From positions 129,518,001 to 129,582,000 of the forward strand of contig OZ024745.1 in the NCBI GenBank assembly GCA_964016885.1: a stretch of 64,000 nt of DNA. Reading direction: 5' to 3'. The position numbers and the translations under genes are program-made. Source of the stretch: Eledone cirrhosa. Taxonomy: Eukaryota. Shown here one piece after another: positions 39,741-55,444 of the stretch; position 1 is the first letter of the stretch, and every line of letters begins with the position of its first letter. The notes beneath the pieces were generated by a model. That model saw nothing but the letters and a program-made list of their open reading frames with translations, was not told the origin of the DNA and did not search any database.

Positions 39741-40552
39741 GGGAAGTATATTACAAATTAAATGAAGGAATATATATATTTTTACACAAGTATAGATATA
39801 TATATAAAGACGTCAAACCGATACTAAATTTTGCTTTATGACGTCACTGGTGTGAAGCTGTATCGGCCATTGCCTTTCTCTTGGTTAACATCGGTGGCAT
39901 GGAGAGGTGAAACTGGTATGCATGGGCGACTGCTGGTCTTCGCAAACAAGCTAGCTCGGACTTGTGCCTCGGAGGGGAATATTCTCAGTGCAAATGCCAC
40001 GGAAAATCGTGACCGAAGAGGATCTTTTTCCTTTACCCCTTATTAATTGGTGTAGGTAGTTTCTGACAGCCTAATATATGTTTTGTTAGATACAGTATTA
40101 GATCTAACAGGAACGACATATAACCGTTGTTATAACACCAGCAACAAGAAATACAACACTAATCACCAGAAGAATGTAGCGCCAGCGAAATATATATAAA
40201 AAAATCTTGACAACAAACACATTAACTAAATAAAACAACAATGAAAATAATGTTAGAGAAGCAGAGACTATTAACAAAATTAAATATATATAAATACATC
40301 ACCGGCGGCCCTCCTAATTGCTGCGATTGTTTGTTATAAAAATTTGTAAGTTACAAAAGAAAGATTTATCTAGCAAATAATATATTAAATCCTTACTTGA
40401 ATTTTTTTCTCTTCTTCTCTTTACTATTGTTTTCCCGTTTTATTTTCTGATTTTGCTTCTGGTATTTATCATATTACAGTTGATTTTGCAAAAAAAAAAA
40501 ATCTGTTCAGGTGAAATCACAGCATATATATATGCATGCTTTTAAATACATC

Positions 40553-40608
<56 letters not shown>

Positions 40609-40944
40609 CATATATATATACATATATACATATATATATATTTATATCATATATGTATGCTTTTAAACACATTAATATATATAAATGTATATATATGTAT
40701 ATATATGTATGTGTGAGTGTGTGTGCGTGTGTGTGTATGCGTGTGTGTGTGAGTGTGTGTATGTGGCGAGTCTGTCTGTTTGACTGTCTTTCTCTGTGTA
40801 TGTGCTTGGCGAATTCCTATTGCTGTTACATTTTAACCGAGCATAAACGTACACACAGTCGCACGTGCGGGGTTTTCTTTGGATTCGTCTCGATTATCTA
40901 CCATATACATGTATGAGTGTGTGTTTTTATAGATATGTATGTGT

Positions 40945-41224
40945 TAGTGTGTTCGCTGGGATGCTCAATCTTGGCTTGGCAGCCGTTGAGAATGGAGCTC
41001 CCGTTGAACGCTACCGTCAAGTGCGAATTTCGCGCAGTTATTATATAGAGGGCAATCCCAAAAGTAAGGTCTCCTTCCGAGGAAAACATGCGTAAAGATC
41101 GGCGGATCACTCTGGATGCTCTCTGCATTTTGGTTCCTGAAGTTTCCCGAAGCACCATCCACAGGATTTTAACGGAAAAGTTGCAATATCGGAAGGAGAC
41201 CTTACTATTGGGATTGCCCTCGTA
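40945..41224 (+). mobile_element. Mariner-derived MITE plus adjacent transposase 5' fragment
   Basis: ~31-bp TIRs GAGGGCAATCCCAAAAGTAAGGTCTCCTTCC at 41048-41078 and 41191-41221. Internal MRKDRRITLDAL...SRSTIHRILTEKLQYRK is a mariner HTH region. Upstream MELPLNATVKCEFRAVI resembles a mariner N-terminus. Confidence 0.8.
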
Positions 41225-41329
41225 GATCTATACGTAAGTGTGTGTAGCAAAATATGTGTAGTAGCTTCTTTGCAAAGCGATCAACACAAGTATAGTAATG
41301 AAACATTTTGATAAACATATATATGTGAA

Positions 41330-41425
41330 GGTGAGTGGCTAAGTGGTTAGAGAATAGGATTTGCAATCATGAGGTTGCGAGTTAGATTACTGGACCGGAT
41401 GATGCGTTATTTCCTTCAGCAATGC
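41330..41425 (+). mobile_element. tRNA-type SINE head (S2-related), degraded
   Basis: A box TGGCTAAGTGG and a decayed B box. A related minus-strand piece lies at ~45480-45610. Confidence 0.55.
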
Positions 41426-42317
41426 ACTGAAGGAAATAACGCAGTTGCCCCTCCTACCTGGATTTGTGACCGATAGATAGTATTAGCTATTAGAAAGACC
41501 AATGGAAACATTTTTTCGTCGGTTCGATTTGACGAAAGCAGATCGATTATCGATATATAAGAGTTCATTTGTATATATTTTTCACCTCTGACATTTAACC
41601 CTTCCCGACCTAATTAACGGTATAATCATTTTAAATTATAGAAAAATGAAAGGGAAAGTAATATATAAAAGAAAATTTTTTTTTAATAAATGTTGATTTA
41701 TATTAGTCAACAAACCCTAAGCTTTTGAAAAAATAAAATTGAGCCGTGTGTGGTCTTACAAGATTATTAATAAGAGTTCCTTATGACTGCAATAAGGTGA
41801 GACAGCAACCGTAAGTTATTGATGGCTCAATAGTTTTAGCACTCAAGGCTATTACACGGATCCAACTACCGATATAAATATTAAATTAAACATTTTATTA
41901 AATTTAATATCACGACATTTATTCACTAACAAAAAGAGGATCTCCGACGTTATTAAGTAGAGATAGAATGCATACAACCTCCTGGAGTGATTTCTGCTGA
42001 TGTAAGCAAAGACAGGTTTCATATATCTGAGCACAAAGTCTCCGATGCCATTTGAACCGCTGCCAAGTTCGAAGAAAACAATTTTTTCATCCACTCAGAT
42101 AAATTTGAGTCTCGGTGGATGGTGATCTTATTTAGAATAATGTATTATGGTCCCGTAACAGGGATTCGTAGGAGTGCCGTATTGAAATACAGCGTTTCTA
42201 GGGCATTTTAAAACCTAGCGAAGCCCATCTCTTCTCCAGGTGTAAATACAGCAGATTTCTCGCAGAGTAGGATAGAGAGCGAGATAATGGAAGTGAGAAA
42301 GGGATATATATGTAAAA

Positions 42318-42470
42318 TCGATCCAATAACTTGACTGGTACTTTTTTATCGACTTTGAATAGTTGAAAAACAAAGTTAACCTCGGTGGGATTTGAACTCA
42401 GGGAGCAGAGAAGGAGAATGAATATCGCATATCATTCTACCTGAAGTTTTAACGACTCTGTAAGTTTGCG
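42318..42470 (-). mobile_element. SINE S1-related, degraded
   Basis: AAAGTTAACCTCGGTGGGATTTGAACTCAG. Confidence 0.7.
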
Positions 42471-42605
42471 GCCAATTTAACATAACGCTGATATTATAAA
42501 CATCAACTAAACATATATTTACTGCGAACAATACGAACTAAGACCGATATATTTGATTTTGGAGATTATATACTTCAACACATAATTACGATAAATATAT
42601 TTATA

Positions 42606-42746
42606 GTCAGAAGCAATCGTCTCCAACTCGCTTGGGGATCCAGCCGGATCAGTTGGAGACGGTTGCTTCTGACATGACCCACTGGAAGAACTGTTTAAGC
42701 ACTCTGCCTCTACGACCCTCTCAGGAATAAGTGGGCGAAGAAGAAG
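42606..42746 (+). mobile_element. RTE LINE extreme 3' end with a short 5' inversion
   Basis: GTCAGAAGCAATCGTCTCCAACT is inverted relative to AGTTGGAGACGGTTGCTTCTGAC. Ends in GAAGAAGAAG. Confidence 0.75.
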
Positions 42747-43293
42747 TTATTTATATTCCTAATAGATATCAATAACAATGATGTTGAAGTGGTTTTGGGG
42801 CGTGCAGGGTAAAGTATGTAGTTAATCTAATCAAAATAGCACTTGCTTAATTTTAGTTTTGCTATTCAGAGTCAATGAAGACAAATTAGACGTCGAAAAT
42901 ATTTGAACTCGACACAAGACATGAAATTATTCACAGCAAAGCATTTTGGATATTGCATCTAAAGATTCTGCCACCCACCACAATAAAACTATAAAATATA
43001 TTTTTTATATATTCAATAATACAAAATACAACATTATTCTGCAGGAATACATAAACGCACTCAGGCAGAACAGAATGAACTAAAGGTTACTCTATGTGCT
43101 ATCCAATTGTTATACATATTATTATCTCTTTCTTAAGTTAAGGAATCTATTCCTCACGGTTATCTCAGACATTATTTTTCACTTAGAACGAGTCTCCTTC
43201 CTACGCTAATACACAAACATATGTGAGTGCACAAGAATGTATTACTGTGCATAGACACACATACGTATGTACGTACGTGTACGTAGATGCCTA

Positions 43294-43417
<124 letters not shown>

Positions 43418-43507
43418 CATATATATTAATATATATATATATATATATATACTTACATTTGTCTCTCTATCTCTCTCCCTCACTCATTTTCTCTCTCTCT
43501 CTCTCTA

Positions 43508-43657
<150 letters not shown>

Positions 43658-44828
43658 TGTATGTATGTATGTATGTATGTATGTGAGTGTGTGTGTATAA
43701 TATTTATTTGGCCTATAGCATCTTTATTCAGCCTGAAATATGTATCTCACTGCATCTACTTCAAAGCCACCTTTTACAAATATATTCAGATCAGAAAATT
43801 TTTTGCAATCGCTGAGTTGCATCAGACAATAAAACTGCAAAGAATCTTCTAGTGCAGCCCGCGTTTTACGTAAGTAAATGTTGGGAAAGGTGTTATTGCC
43901 GCCGAGATAGCAGCCACTGAAGTAGTTTGACTATATATATATACCCACATATACATACATGCACACACGCACACACACACATATATATATACACATATAT
44001 ATATGTATATATACATATACATATATATACATATATATATATATATACATATATATATTAGTGTATACATATATATATATGCGTGTATATATATATATAT
44101 ATATAGGTACAAATATAAAATAGCGAGAATCGTATTTCGGCTTTGGAATTAGCGAAAAACAACTTCCGAGATGTGTGGCAAGCGCTTAATGATTCAGATG
44201 AACCAGAGCTACAACATACGTTAAAGGCCAAACACACTGAGACGATGGTTAAACCGTCATTCTCACAGCCATAGAAACGACCAAGTAATTCGGGTCAAAC
44301 AAATAAAAAAAAGATGTGATTGAAAAATTTACCCGGACCCCTGGATGGTTGGTAAAATCCAGCATTTGGGTTTCTACGACTCCTAAACCAAGTACTGTCC
44401 GCTTAGACAAATAATGTTAGGCTTCTGGTAAGATGATTGAACAAGGAAGTCACTTTCTCAACAGGTTTTAGTTTAAGTGCCAGGCAAAGGAATGACCGAT
44501 ACCGATACCCACGTGGGGCTAGACAAGGGAGGCAACCCTTATTTTTGGCGGATGAAATTCAGTATGTGTATATTATTGCATATATATATAGGTATATATA
44601 TATACATACATATACATAAACATATATATACATACATATACTTAAACATATATATACATATATATTTGTGTATACATATATGCGTATATATATATATATA
44701 CGCATAAATATATATATATATATATAAACATATATATACATATGTATATATATTTATATACATATACATGCACATATATATATATGTACACAAATATATA
44801 CATATATACATATATGTATATATGTTTG

Positions 44829-44863
<35 letters not shown>

Positions 44864-44875
44864 GTTCGTATATAT

Positions 44876-44911
<36 letters not shown>

Positions 44912-45688
44912 CACATACACGTGTGTGCAAGCGTGTGTGAGCACGTGTGAGACCGTGTGAGCGTCTATGTGTATTCTTATATTAGAATATATACGAAAGC
45001 TTACGTAGGCACAACACATTACTTATTTACTATTTACTTTATTTATGCGGAGGCATACATATGTTGCTCATTTTTATTATGCATTTCATAGGAATTTCGT
45101 TCGGCCATGATTTCTTTGTATATTTTGTTGGACACACACTATTGTTTCCTTTGTTGTCTTTATATACAGACAATGGCTGTCACTGTAATTTACTTTTATT
45201 TCTAATGTTTCTACTAACATAGATCTATCGATCGATAGATCAATTGATCAATCACTCACTCTATCGATCCATTGATCTAAATGTCTGTGGGTCTCCTGAT
45301 ATTTCTCTATGAATTTTATTAGGCCCTTAAGAGCTTCTCGTTGTTCCATTGATCCCGAATGAAGGGACGCAGCCATACATATATGTATATATATAAAAGT
45401 ATCGATCGACTTTGGTCAAATCGGACCGAGAAAACAAGGTTTCCGTTAGTCTTTCCAGTTGCTAGTACTATCTATCGGTCGCAACTCCAGGTAGAAGGAG
45501 TAGCGTGAAATAAAGTGTCTTGCTGAAGGACATAACGCATCACCTGGTCCGGGAATTGAACTCAAAACCTCAAGATTGTGAATCCAATTCTCTTACAACT
45601 CAGCCACACGACTATATATGTATAAATATATTATATATATATATTATATATATATATTATATATATATATATTATATATATATATAAT

Positions 45689-45732
<44 letters not shown>

Positions 45733-45782
45733 ATTATATATATATTATATATATATATTATATATAATATTATATATAATAT

Positions 45783-45816
<34 letters not shown>

Positions 45817-45895
45817 ATCTTATATATATATATTATATATAATATTATATATATATATATATATAATATATATTTATATATATATATTATATAAT

Positions 45896-45946
<51 letters not shown>

Positions 45947-46093
45947 TTTTATCTTTCTTTCTTTCTTATTTCCCTCTTTTCTCTCTCTCTTTCTTTCTCT
46001 CTGTATTTTCACTGCTAGCGTAAACCTCTTCAAATGAAGTTGATGTTTATTACGGTATGTCGAATATATTTATCTATAAAACTGTTTATATTG

Positions 46094-46159
46094 TATTTTG
46101 TCTGATGAAGGCATAGCATATTGTTAATATGATATCCCCGAAATATATATAATGAAATA
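46094..46159 (+). ncRNA. Type I hammerhead ribozyme (family E relative)
   Basis: TATTTTGT-CTGATGA-stem II (CATATT gtt AATATG)-GAAA-TATATA-TA-ATGAAATA. Same downstream tail as 25959-26000. Confidence 0.75.
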
Positions 46160-46197
46160 AATATGGTTTTATAAATATAGTTTTCCATTTATTTAAT

Positions 46198-46249
<52 letters not shown>

Positions 46250-46264
46250 ATACTATATATATAC

Positions 46265-46298
<34 letters not shown>

Positions 46299-46301
46299 AT
46301 G

Positions 46302-46333
<32 letters not shown>

Positions 46334-46431
46334 TGTGAATGAAGTAATTCCGTCGGAAAGGTACAGGAAAAAAGTGCTCTATGTAGGTTACAGAACTTAT
46401 TAGTTATGTAATAAACAACATAAGATAATTA

Positions 46432-46491
46432 TTTCATTTACCAGTAGTTTCTTGAAAGCAAACAAATCTGCTTTCAGTTGTCAGAATGAAA
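46432..46491 (-). ncRNA. Degenerate hammerhead (family I)
   Basis: Homologue of 50518-50577 with the core mutated to CTGACAA. Confidence 0.55.
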
Positions 46492-46927
46492 AAAATCCAG
46501 GTGTTTTTATTGAAAGTGGATTTGAAAACAAAAATATAAGAAATATGAACGTGAGGCTGAGGGAAGAAGAAAATAATCATCCGCACACATTCCTATGCGA
46601 TGCACATAGAAACATACCTGTATGCACAAATACATATACACACACATAGATGCCCGCATATGCATGCACCTGCACCCACATACACATCCACATATATACA
46701 CACATAGAGGTATGTGGCTATGTGCATCTCATAGGAATGTGTGCGGACGATTATATATGGACTATATAGGCATTTTATTATTACTATTATTCTTGTTGTA
46801 TTATTTTATCACATATCCTCTATATATATCCGTATATATATCCGTATATGTATGTATGAGTCTGTGTACGTGTGTGAATCTGTGTGTGTGTATATATATG
46901 TATATGTATATAGTAGGTGGATATATA

Positions 46928-47000
<73 letters not shown>

Positions 47001-47215
47001 TATTGTATATTATATTACATTGTATATTTTTAATGTTACGGTAATTTATCGTCATTTTATGTTTTTATTGCATAATGTATTTTTAACTGTTCGCTTACGG
47101 GTGCGTTTATATATGTATATGTGGTAACACATGTGTGTGTAGGAAGATAAGTCCAGATGAAACACTGATTTTTCGTTTTATATATATAAAGCAGAAGGGA
47201 TATTCAATTTGTCGG

Positions 47216-47533
<318 letters not shown>

Positions 47534-47640
47534 CTACATACATACCTGCAGGTATACATACGTATATACAGACATACATACCTACATACATATATACATG
47601 TATACAAACCCACCTACCTACATACATACGTACATATATG

Positions 47641-48582
47641 GTGGCTGCCAACTCGTTTTCGAGTACGGCCACTACTTTATATCCATGTAGGAGAACCCCT
47701 ACCGATGCGCTGAACGAGTGTGACTTTTTAGTCCAGCCAGTGACTTGAAAACTCTGGTACAAACACTACACTTGTGACAATTATTGACACATAGTGCTGG
47801 GCCCATGGTACCATGTGACGACAAGTGCAGAGAGATCTCCAGATATAAAGCAATGCTTGTGCTGTGAAGCTTTTATAGTGAGCAAAGGTACTGCACAAAG
47901 CCAGTCCCACTCTCTTAACCAAGATGATACGTACATATATACATATATACATACAGGCATACATACACATATACCAACATACCTCCCTACATACATACAA
48001 ACATACATATATCCATATATACATACCTACGTACATGATGGCGGCCCCCTCTTTATCGAGTATGGCCATTGCACGATATACCATTATTAATTAATCCTAT
48101 CGTGCAATGCCTGTGCGTGAAGATTTTTTTAAAGTGAAGAAAGACTGTGCACTGAGCCAATCCCACTCTCTGAGCGACAGTAGCTATAACTCGAAAAGAT
48201 CAACATCATCGGTAACTACTGAGTTGCCTTCTCCTTGAAGAATGCACTGACAAATGCTAGGGGTCCTTCACTCTCAGTGGTTTAACCGGGCGATCGGGTG
48301 TCCAGCCGAATATTTCTATATTGCCGCGCATATACATACCCATGCATACATGCATATACACATATACATATATACATACATATGTACATGTGTATATACA
48401 TATTTACATATTTTTAGATGGCCGTTGACTGTTATGAGTTCTTCCGCCCTTTGTCAGGTTTCGCTTTTTGTCCTGCAGAGTATCCAAAAATCACCCTCCT
48501 CATCAAGTAAACTTGGTGGGGTTGCCGGTTTAGTCGCTGATGATCCGATCATGCGACAGGTTGTACAGGGTTACATGTTACC
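47641..48582 (-). mobile_element. Fragmented copies of the 30991-31600 repeat
   Basis: High similarity at 47641-47927 and 48415-48582, interrupted by (CATA)n. Confidence 0.7.
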
Positions 48583-49256
48583 CACATACATATATGTTAC
48601 CTACATACATATATACATATATTCATACATACTTACAATATATATACACACTAATATATACATACATACAAACATACATACATACATAAATACATATATT
48701 CATACATATATACATACGTACGTACATACATACATACATGCATACAATAATGCATACAAAAATACATACATACAAACTCTTACACATGTGTATGCATGGT
48801 TGTGTACATGGACTATAAATCACATGCCACCAGTAATATAGGCAGGGATCATCTACTTATTTCGTGAGATGTTTTCCTTACAGGAGATGATATATTGTTG
48901 ATCAGCAAGATATATTGAGTTCAACATTTAAAGATATGTACATGAAACTCAATTAAAACCATTTACGAGCCTTTTTCTTATCTGTTCGGGAGGATATGTT
49001 TAAGCGTGATTGAAACCTTTGGGTCCGAGCAACTATTACACAAGAAGAAGGATTTTGTATTGGATTGATATATATGGATGCATTATTGTACGTCTGCTGC
49101 TACTTTGACATTGCAGTGCCTTTTATAGTCTGACTTCTGACATAACCTTATGAACGAAGTAATGTTATGAAGTGGGAAAAAAACTAAACAAATGAAAGGA
49201 GGACCTATATCAATTTGAATGTATAATGTATTTTGAATGGTTGCACATTGTGATCT

Positions 49257-49359
<103 letters not shown>

Positions 49360-49361
49360 TA

Positions 49362-50253
49362 TGTCTAGTCAATTTCTACAGGCTATTAGAAATACTAGGT
49401 ACATTTTTTGTAGTTATAAGTGCGGATAAGAAGCTATATCATTTATCTATTGTTTCTTCATAAGTATATTTTAAACTTATAGTCCCGTTTAAATGATTTT
49501 TTGTGTGGTTGATTTATGCTGAATGGGGGAAGAAATACTGTATATATTTTATCTAATGATTCTATGGACTTACTTTTTTATATATTGCTCTGATTATTAA
49601 TTATTTAATTATTGAAGGGTTGCCAAAAACATATATATATATATCTGACCTTGTCTAGTTTATATGTATATACCCTTTAAATTCTATATACTCCCGTAAG
49701 GTTGAGTAGAACTTTAAGCAGTATTCGACTGCGCTTTCTAGCAACTAGCCTAACGCGGACAGGCACCAATCACAAACTTTCTGACTTGACCACTAGCCAC
49801 GTGATGATTCTTAGCCATTTTGAATTCGGTTATGGCGGGGATCATGTATCAAAAATCTTTGTCCAATTGAGTTATCTCCTGATGATTTCCAAACCTCGTT
49901 GATTTATCCAAGATCAGAAATATCCCAAAATGGAATGAAAATGCCGGGGGTAGAGATATTTTGATGATTTTGGTAGGTTTATGTACATTTTTTCTTCTAA
50001 CTTTGATTTTGTACGTAATTATGTATGGTTAACTATATGTCTTGTCAATTTCTACAGGCTATTAGAATTACTAGATACATTTTTTGTAGCTAGAAGTGCG
50101 GATAAGAAGCTATATCATTTATCTAATGTTTCTTCATAAGTATATTTTAAACTTATAGCCTCGTTTAAATGATTTTTTGTGTGGTTGAATTATGCTGATT
50201 GGGAGAAGAAATAGTGAATATATTTTATCTAATGATTCTATGGACTTACTTTT

Positions 50254-50255
<2 letters not shown>
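49362..50255. repeat. ~220-bp direct duplication (49362-49580 and 50039-50255) between (TA)n tracts
   Basis: GTCAATTTCTACAGGCTATTAGAA...GATTCTATGGACTTACTTTT occurs twice. Confidence 0.85.
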
Positions 50256-50299
<44 letters not shown>

Positions 50300-50419
50300 C
50301 ATATATATATATATACATATACATATACTCTCTTATATATATATATATATATACACATATATGTATATACATATGTATATATATATATATATATTATATA
50401 TATATATATATATATATGT

Positions 50420-50474
<55 letters not shown>

Positions 50475-50517
50475 TATATACATATATAGTTATGTAATAA
50501 ACAACATAAGGCAATCA

Positions 50518-50577
50518 TTTCATTTACTAGTGGTTTCTTAAAAGCAAACAAATTTGCTTTCAATCATCAGAATGAAA
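50518..50577 (-). ncRNA. Type I hammerhead ribozyme (family I)
   Basis: Minus strand TTTCATT-CTGATGA-TTGAAAGCAAA tttg TTTGCTTTTAA-GAAA-C cacta G-TA-AATGAAA: 7-bp stem I, 11-bp stem II and a GUA site. Confidence 0.85.
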
Positions 50578-50633
50578 AAATCCTGGTGTATTTCATATAC
50601 ATATATATATATATTATATATATATATATATAT

Positions 50634-50860
50634 ATTGTTATACTTTGGGAGGGTTATGTTGCCAATAAGAAACACACGCACCAGTTGCTTTCACTTCAAT
50701 TCATTATATATTTATAAATTTATAAATTTACAAATCTACAAACTTATAAATTATAAATTTCTGGTTGGTTGGTTGGTTCCACAACCAGATAGTTGTTTAT
50801 ATATAGTCATATCGGTTTCAACACACACGATTTCAGATAAAGAATCTTGCTAAACAAATT
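50634..50860. mobile_element. Family F minimal copy (inverted arm end plus tail, no HHR)
   Basis: 50634-50809 matches 27695-27858; 50810-50860 matches 28184-28232. Confidence 0.8.
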
Positions 50861-50868
50861 CAGAAACG

Positions 50869-50923
<55 letters not shown>

Positions 50924-51053
50924 TATTCCTGTTTTTATAACGTCCGAAACCTTAAGACCCTCTTCCTGCTATATCAAGCGTTAACCTAATATATCCCTTC
51001 AATATACTCTACCGATTGTGTTGTTATTTCTGTTTACCTTTTACATATATGTA

Positions 51054-51102
<49 letters not shown>

Positions 51103-51187
51103 TTGTATAAGCACAAGTACTCACTCACACACGCACACACACACACGCACACACACACACGCACACACACACACACACGCACACACG

Positions 51188-51323
<136 letters not shown>

Positions 51324-52189
51324 ACATACCATTCCTTGGAATGAGGATGTTGGAAAATACATTCCTAAATATATATTTGCTTCTGGCACCTTTTATATTT
51401 TATATCACATATCAACTTCTAATCTTCGCCATCACATCAAAACAGTTTCAACATTTTCTCTTCACTGTCTGAAAAACAAATCCTCGTCCAAGATAAATAT
51501 AGCTGTAGTTCAATATCGCATCCCTGAGGCGTCATTCTGATTTTAATTATCGGTTTTTCTTCCTTCAATTACTCCGTCTTTTCCTAGAGTTGTTTTTGGA
51601 AGTTGCTTTTCTTTTTCCTTTTAATATTACATTACAATTTCGTATAATCTATTTATTTTTGACTTATAATTATACATAAGTTTCTTCGGATATTTTCTGC
51701 TGGTTCGCCTTTTTTTTTTTACTCTTTTCGTAACTAATTTTATTTATCAAACGTTGGTCGCCATCCCTCTCCTACCTCTGTTATTGTTGTTCTCGCTCAT
51801 TCATGAACTCCGATGAAATAGTACGTCACTTCAAATATACCACTTTTTACAAAATAAAACGAACAAAATTAAACCGGAATTTTCATTAATATGGTACTTA
51901 TTTAGTCACGCGTCTTCATGTTTTTGTATCATAGCTCACAAAATCTATCACTGCATTTTACCTTACTTAGATGGAAAGAAGAGAGTGTCAGTATCATGCA
52001 AAGGGTTGGGGGGATATAAACGCCTTGACTCTCAAACCAACTTCCTGAAGTTTTGCTGATGATAGAAGTTGTTGTTATGATCATTTTTATCTACCTATAT
52101 TATTTTGGTGTCTTATTTATAAACAATGAAAGAAAATTATATGAAAGCATATTATGATTACATGCCATTAAGCTATTTTAATTATATTA

Positions 52190-52692
52190 AATGGAGGTTC
52201 TTCCGAAGGGTGTTTGGAGTAACGTTACTCGATAGAGTGGGTAGCTAGGAGATCAGAGAGTCACTCCAGGTAGAGCCGCTTCTTCTCCAAATTGAGAGAT
52301 CACAGCTCCGATACTATGGGCCTGTGGTTAGAATATCTCTGGAAAGAATCGCTGGACAGGTTTTGCGGGTAAAACCAACCGACAGGAAGCCCAGGGGTTG
52401 ACCCAGAGCAAAATGGTTGGATGATATCGATGAGCTTGGCTGGTCTCAATTGGGGATCCAGCCGGATCAGTTGGAGACGGTTGCTGGAAGGAGTGTTTTG
52501 CTCTCACGACCCTCTCAGGAAGAAGAAGAAGAAGAAGAAGAAGAAGAAGAAGAAGAAGAAGAAGAAGAAGAAGAAGAAGAAGAAGAAGAAGAAGAAGAAA
52601 AGGAAGAAAAAGAAAAAGAAAAAGAAAAAGAAAAAGAAAAAGAAAAAGAAAAAGAAAAAGAAAAAGAAAAAGAAAAAGAAAAAGAAAAAGAT
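52190..52692 (+). mobile_element. RTE LINE 3' end with expanded (GAA)n/(GAAAAA)n tail
   Basis: IRESLQVEPLLLQIERSQLRYYG...RKPRG...W.DDI. Homologous to 24990-25118 and 24020-24228. Confidence 0.85.
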
Positions 52693-53709
52693 TAAAAGAC
52701 TAAATATCTTGTTTGTACTTAGAACAACCACGAGGCATGGAATGAAAAGATGATACCGACAGGATTTGAATTTAGAATGTAAATAGATGTTCTTAAAAAC
52801 TAAATACAACCGTTTCAATAAGCCATCCATGATGTTTTTCACATTCTGATCACAGTACATGGCACTTTACTCAATACATCTTTCCGATGATTCAAGTTAG
52901 TTTAGCTAGAGGCACATTTTGTTTTTTAAATGTTTGAACTGAAAATGAACGGCCGGCTTCTCAGATATCTCAGATGAATGTAAATATCATGACCACTATA
53001 TCAGCACTATTCCTTGTATTTATATTTCTCTTCGATAATTATTTTCATCTTTCCCCCATACTTACAGCTCTTCTATCCTTTCAAATTGTTACCTTCTTTC
53101 TTTTCTATCCTCCTTCAATATTTTTCATACTTATCTCTTTTCATTGTTTCATTTGGTATTTTACCCACAAAGTTTTCGTTACTTAAGTATCTATTTTATT
53201 TCTTCCTAACTAGCTCCCTGTTTTCTTCTATGCATCTTCTTTATTTTTCTTTTAAACTCTAACTTTAGTGCTTTCAATTTTATATTTTTACGGAGTGTCT
53301 CTCACAATTTTACTTTCTTCAAGATGTAGTCATTCAAATTTTCTTCCAGTTTCTCTATACTTTACATGTTGCATAATAAACAAATTCTTTTCAACTTCAA
53401 AGTCACCTCAGCAATGGATTCGACGAAACAGTTTCATTAGAAATCAAGTAAATATTTTATTTACTTGCGTTGAAAAACATTGCATTGCATTCACTGTTTA
53501 AAACAACGTTTAGATGAACATTTTATAATGGCCCATTTAGCTAACTTATATTTTAATAACATCTCTTCAGAGAAAAGGAGCTTCTAAACAGTAATTAGCA
53601 TACGAGTAAGTGGAGATTAAAAAATAATGACTTTTTCTATCCACACGAACTTAAGAGACGAAGTTTGATCTTAAATATTCTTTCATATACACATACATAC
53701 ACACACATA

Positions 53710-53773
<64 letters not shown>

Positions 53774-54624
53774 AATATATATATATATATATAGCAGTAA
53801 GATTAACGTTAAGCATATTAGAGGTGTATATGAAAGAATATTGTGTATGGTTATATACGATAGACATCCAAGAGCCTCGTCATGACAGACTACATATGTT
53901 TTCGTTAAGAAAAATATATCTATCACACTTTTCCACCGTGAAAATGTCACAGTTTTCTCAGCAGCCATTGGGAATGCCAGAAAACTGTTTCAAGATTAGT
54001 TAAAATCTCATCAGTGACGTTCATTCAACTGGTACTGAAATTGACATAGGCTAGAGCCTATATAGATTTAGAGTGACGATCATTTGCTGTAGATACTCAT
54101 GTATATAGCAAATATAAACCACTGGCTGGAAATGCATATTTGCAATTAGTATGACCTAGGCTAGTTATAATTAATTGGCAGTAGCACTAAAATAGCATTA
54201 AGCATAATAGGGTCATATATAAAAATATATACTATATATTTCTAACAACGTGAGGATTTTGCTATCAAATAAAATATGTTTAGGTTATGAAAAATGATAT
54301 TTCTCTCTTTTGCACTATGAACGTGTCACAGACATCGCAGTAGCCACTGGGAAAGTCAGGCATGTGATATTTGCGTGTAACTACACATATATACATATAT
54401 GCGTACATATGCACATATATGTACATATGTATATATCGCACTCACTGTCTCTCTCTCTCTCCCTCTCTCTCTCTCTCTCTATCTCTCCCTCCCTCTCCCT
54501 CTCTCTCTCTATATATATATATATATGTATAAAATGTATATAGATACAAATATAAATATATGTATACATACATACATATAAATAAATATATATATATATA
54601 TATATATATACTAAAAAGTCTAAA

Positions 54625-54890
54625 GTCTGTCGTAAACCAGAAGGCTCATTTGGCCGGTGCTTATCCCGGTTTCATGGCGTGAAGCGACTGAGAGTACAAG
54701 ACTCCCCCCTGGACAGGACGCCAGTCCATTGCAGGGTTAAACCTCCAGCTATTGCTGGTACTCATTTTCAGCTGAGTATACTGGAGCAACATGAAATGAA
54801 GTGTTTTGCTCAAGAACCCAACACACAGCCCAGGAATCGAACCCACGACAAGATTGTAAGTCCAACACCCTTACCACTAGGCCACGTGCC
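54625..54890 (-). mobile_element. SINE family S2
   Basis: Minus strand A box TGGCCTAGTGG, B box GGTTCGATTCC, and body GCAATGGACTGGCGTCCTGTCCAGGGGG. Confidence 0.88.
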
Positions 54891-54914
54891 TCTACTATAT
54901 ATATGTACATACAT

Positions 54915-55154
<240 letters not shown>

Positions 55155-55384
55155 GAGGCACAGCCGTCGGGGGTCCTACTCGTTCCTATATATATATATA
55201 TATATAATTAAAAATTAAAATTGCAAGTTTGAAGAACTATTAGATAAAATATATACATTATTTCCTCTCCGTAGTCAATAATTATTAATAATTATTTGCT
55301 TAATTAATTCTTCATTGGGCCACACTGTGAAAGTTAGCTAAACTCATATCTATATGTGACTGTCTAATTATATATACCTTTGAA

Positions 55385-55444
<60 letters not shown>

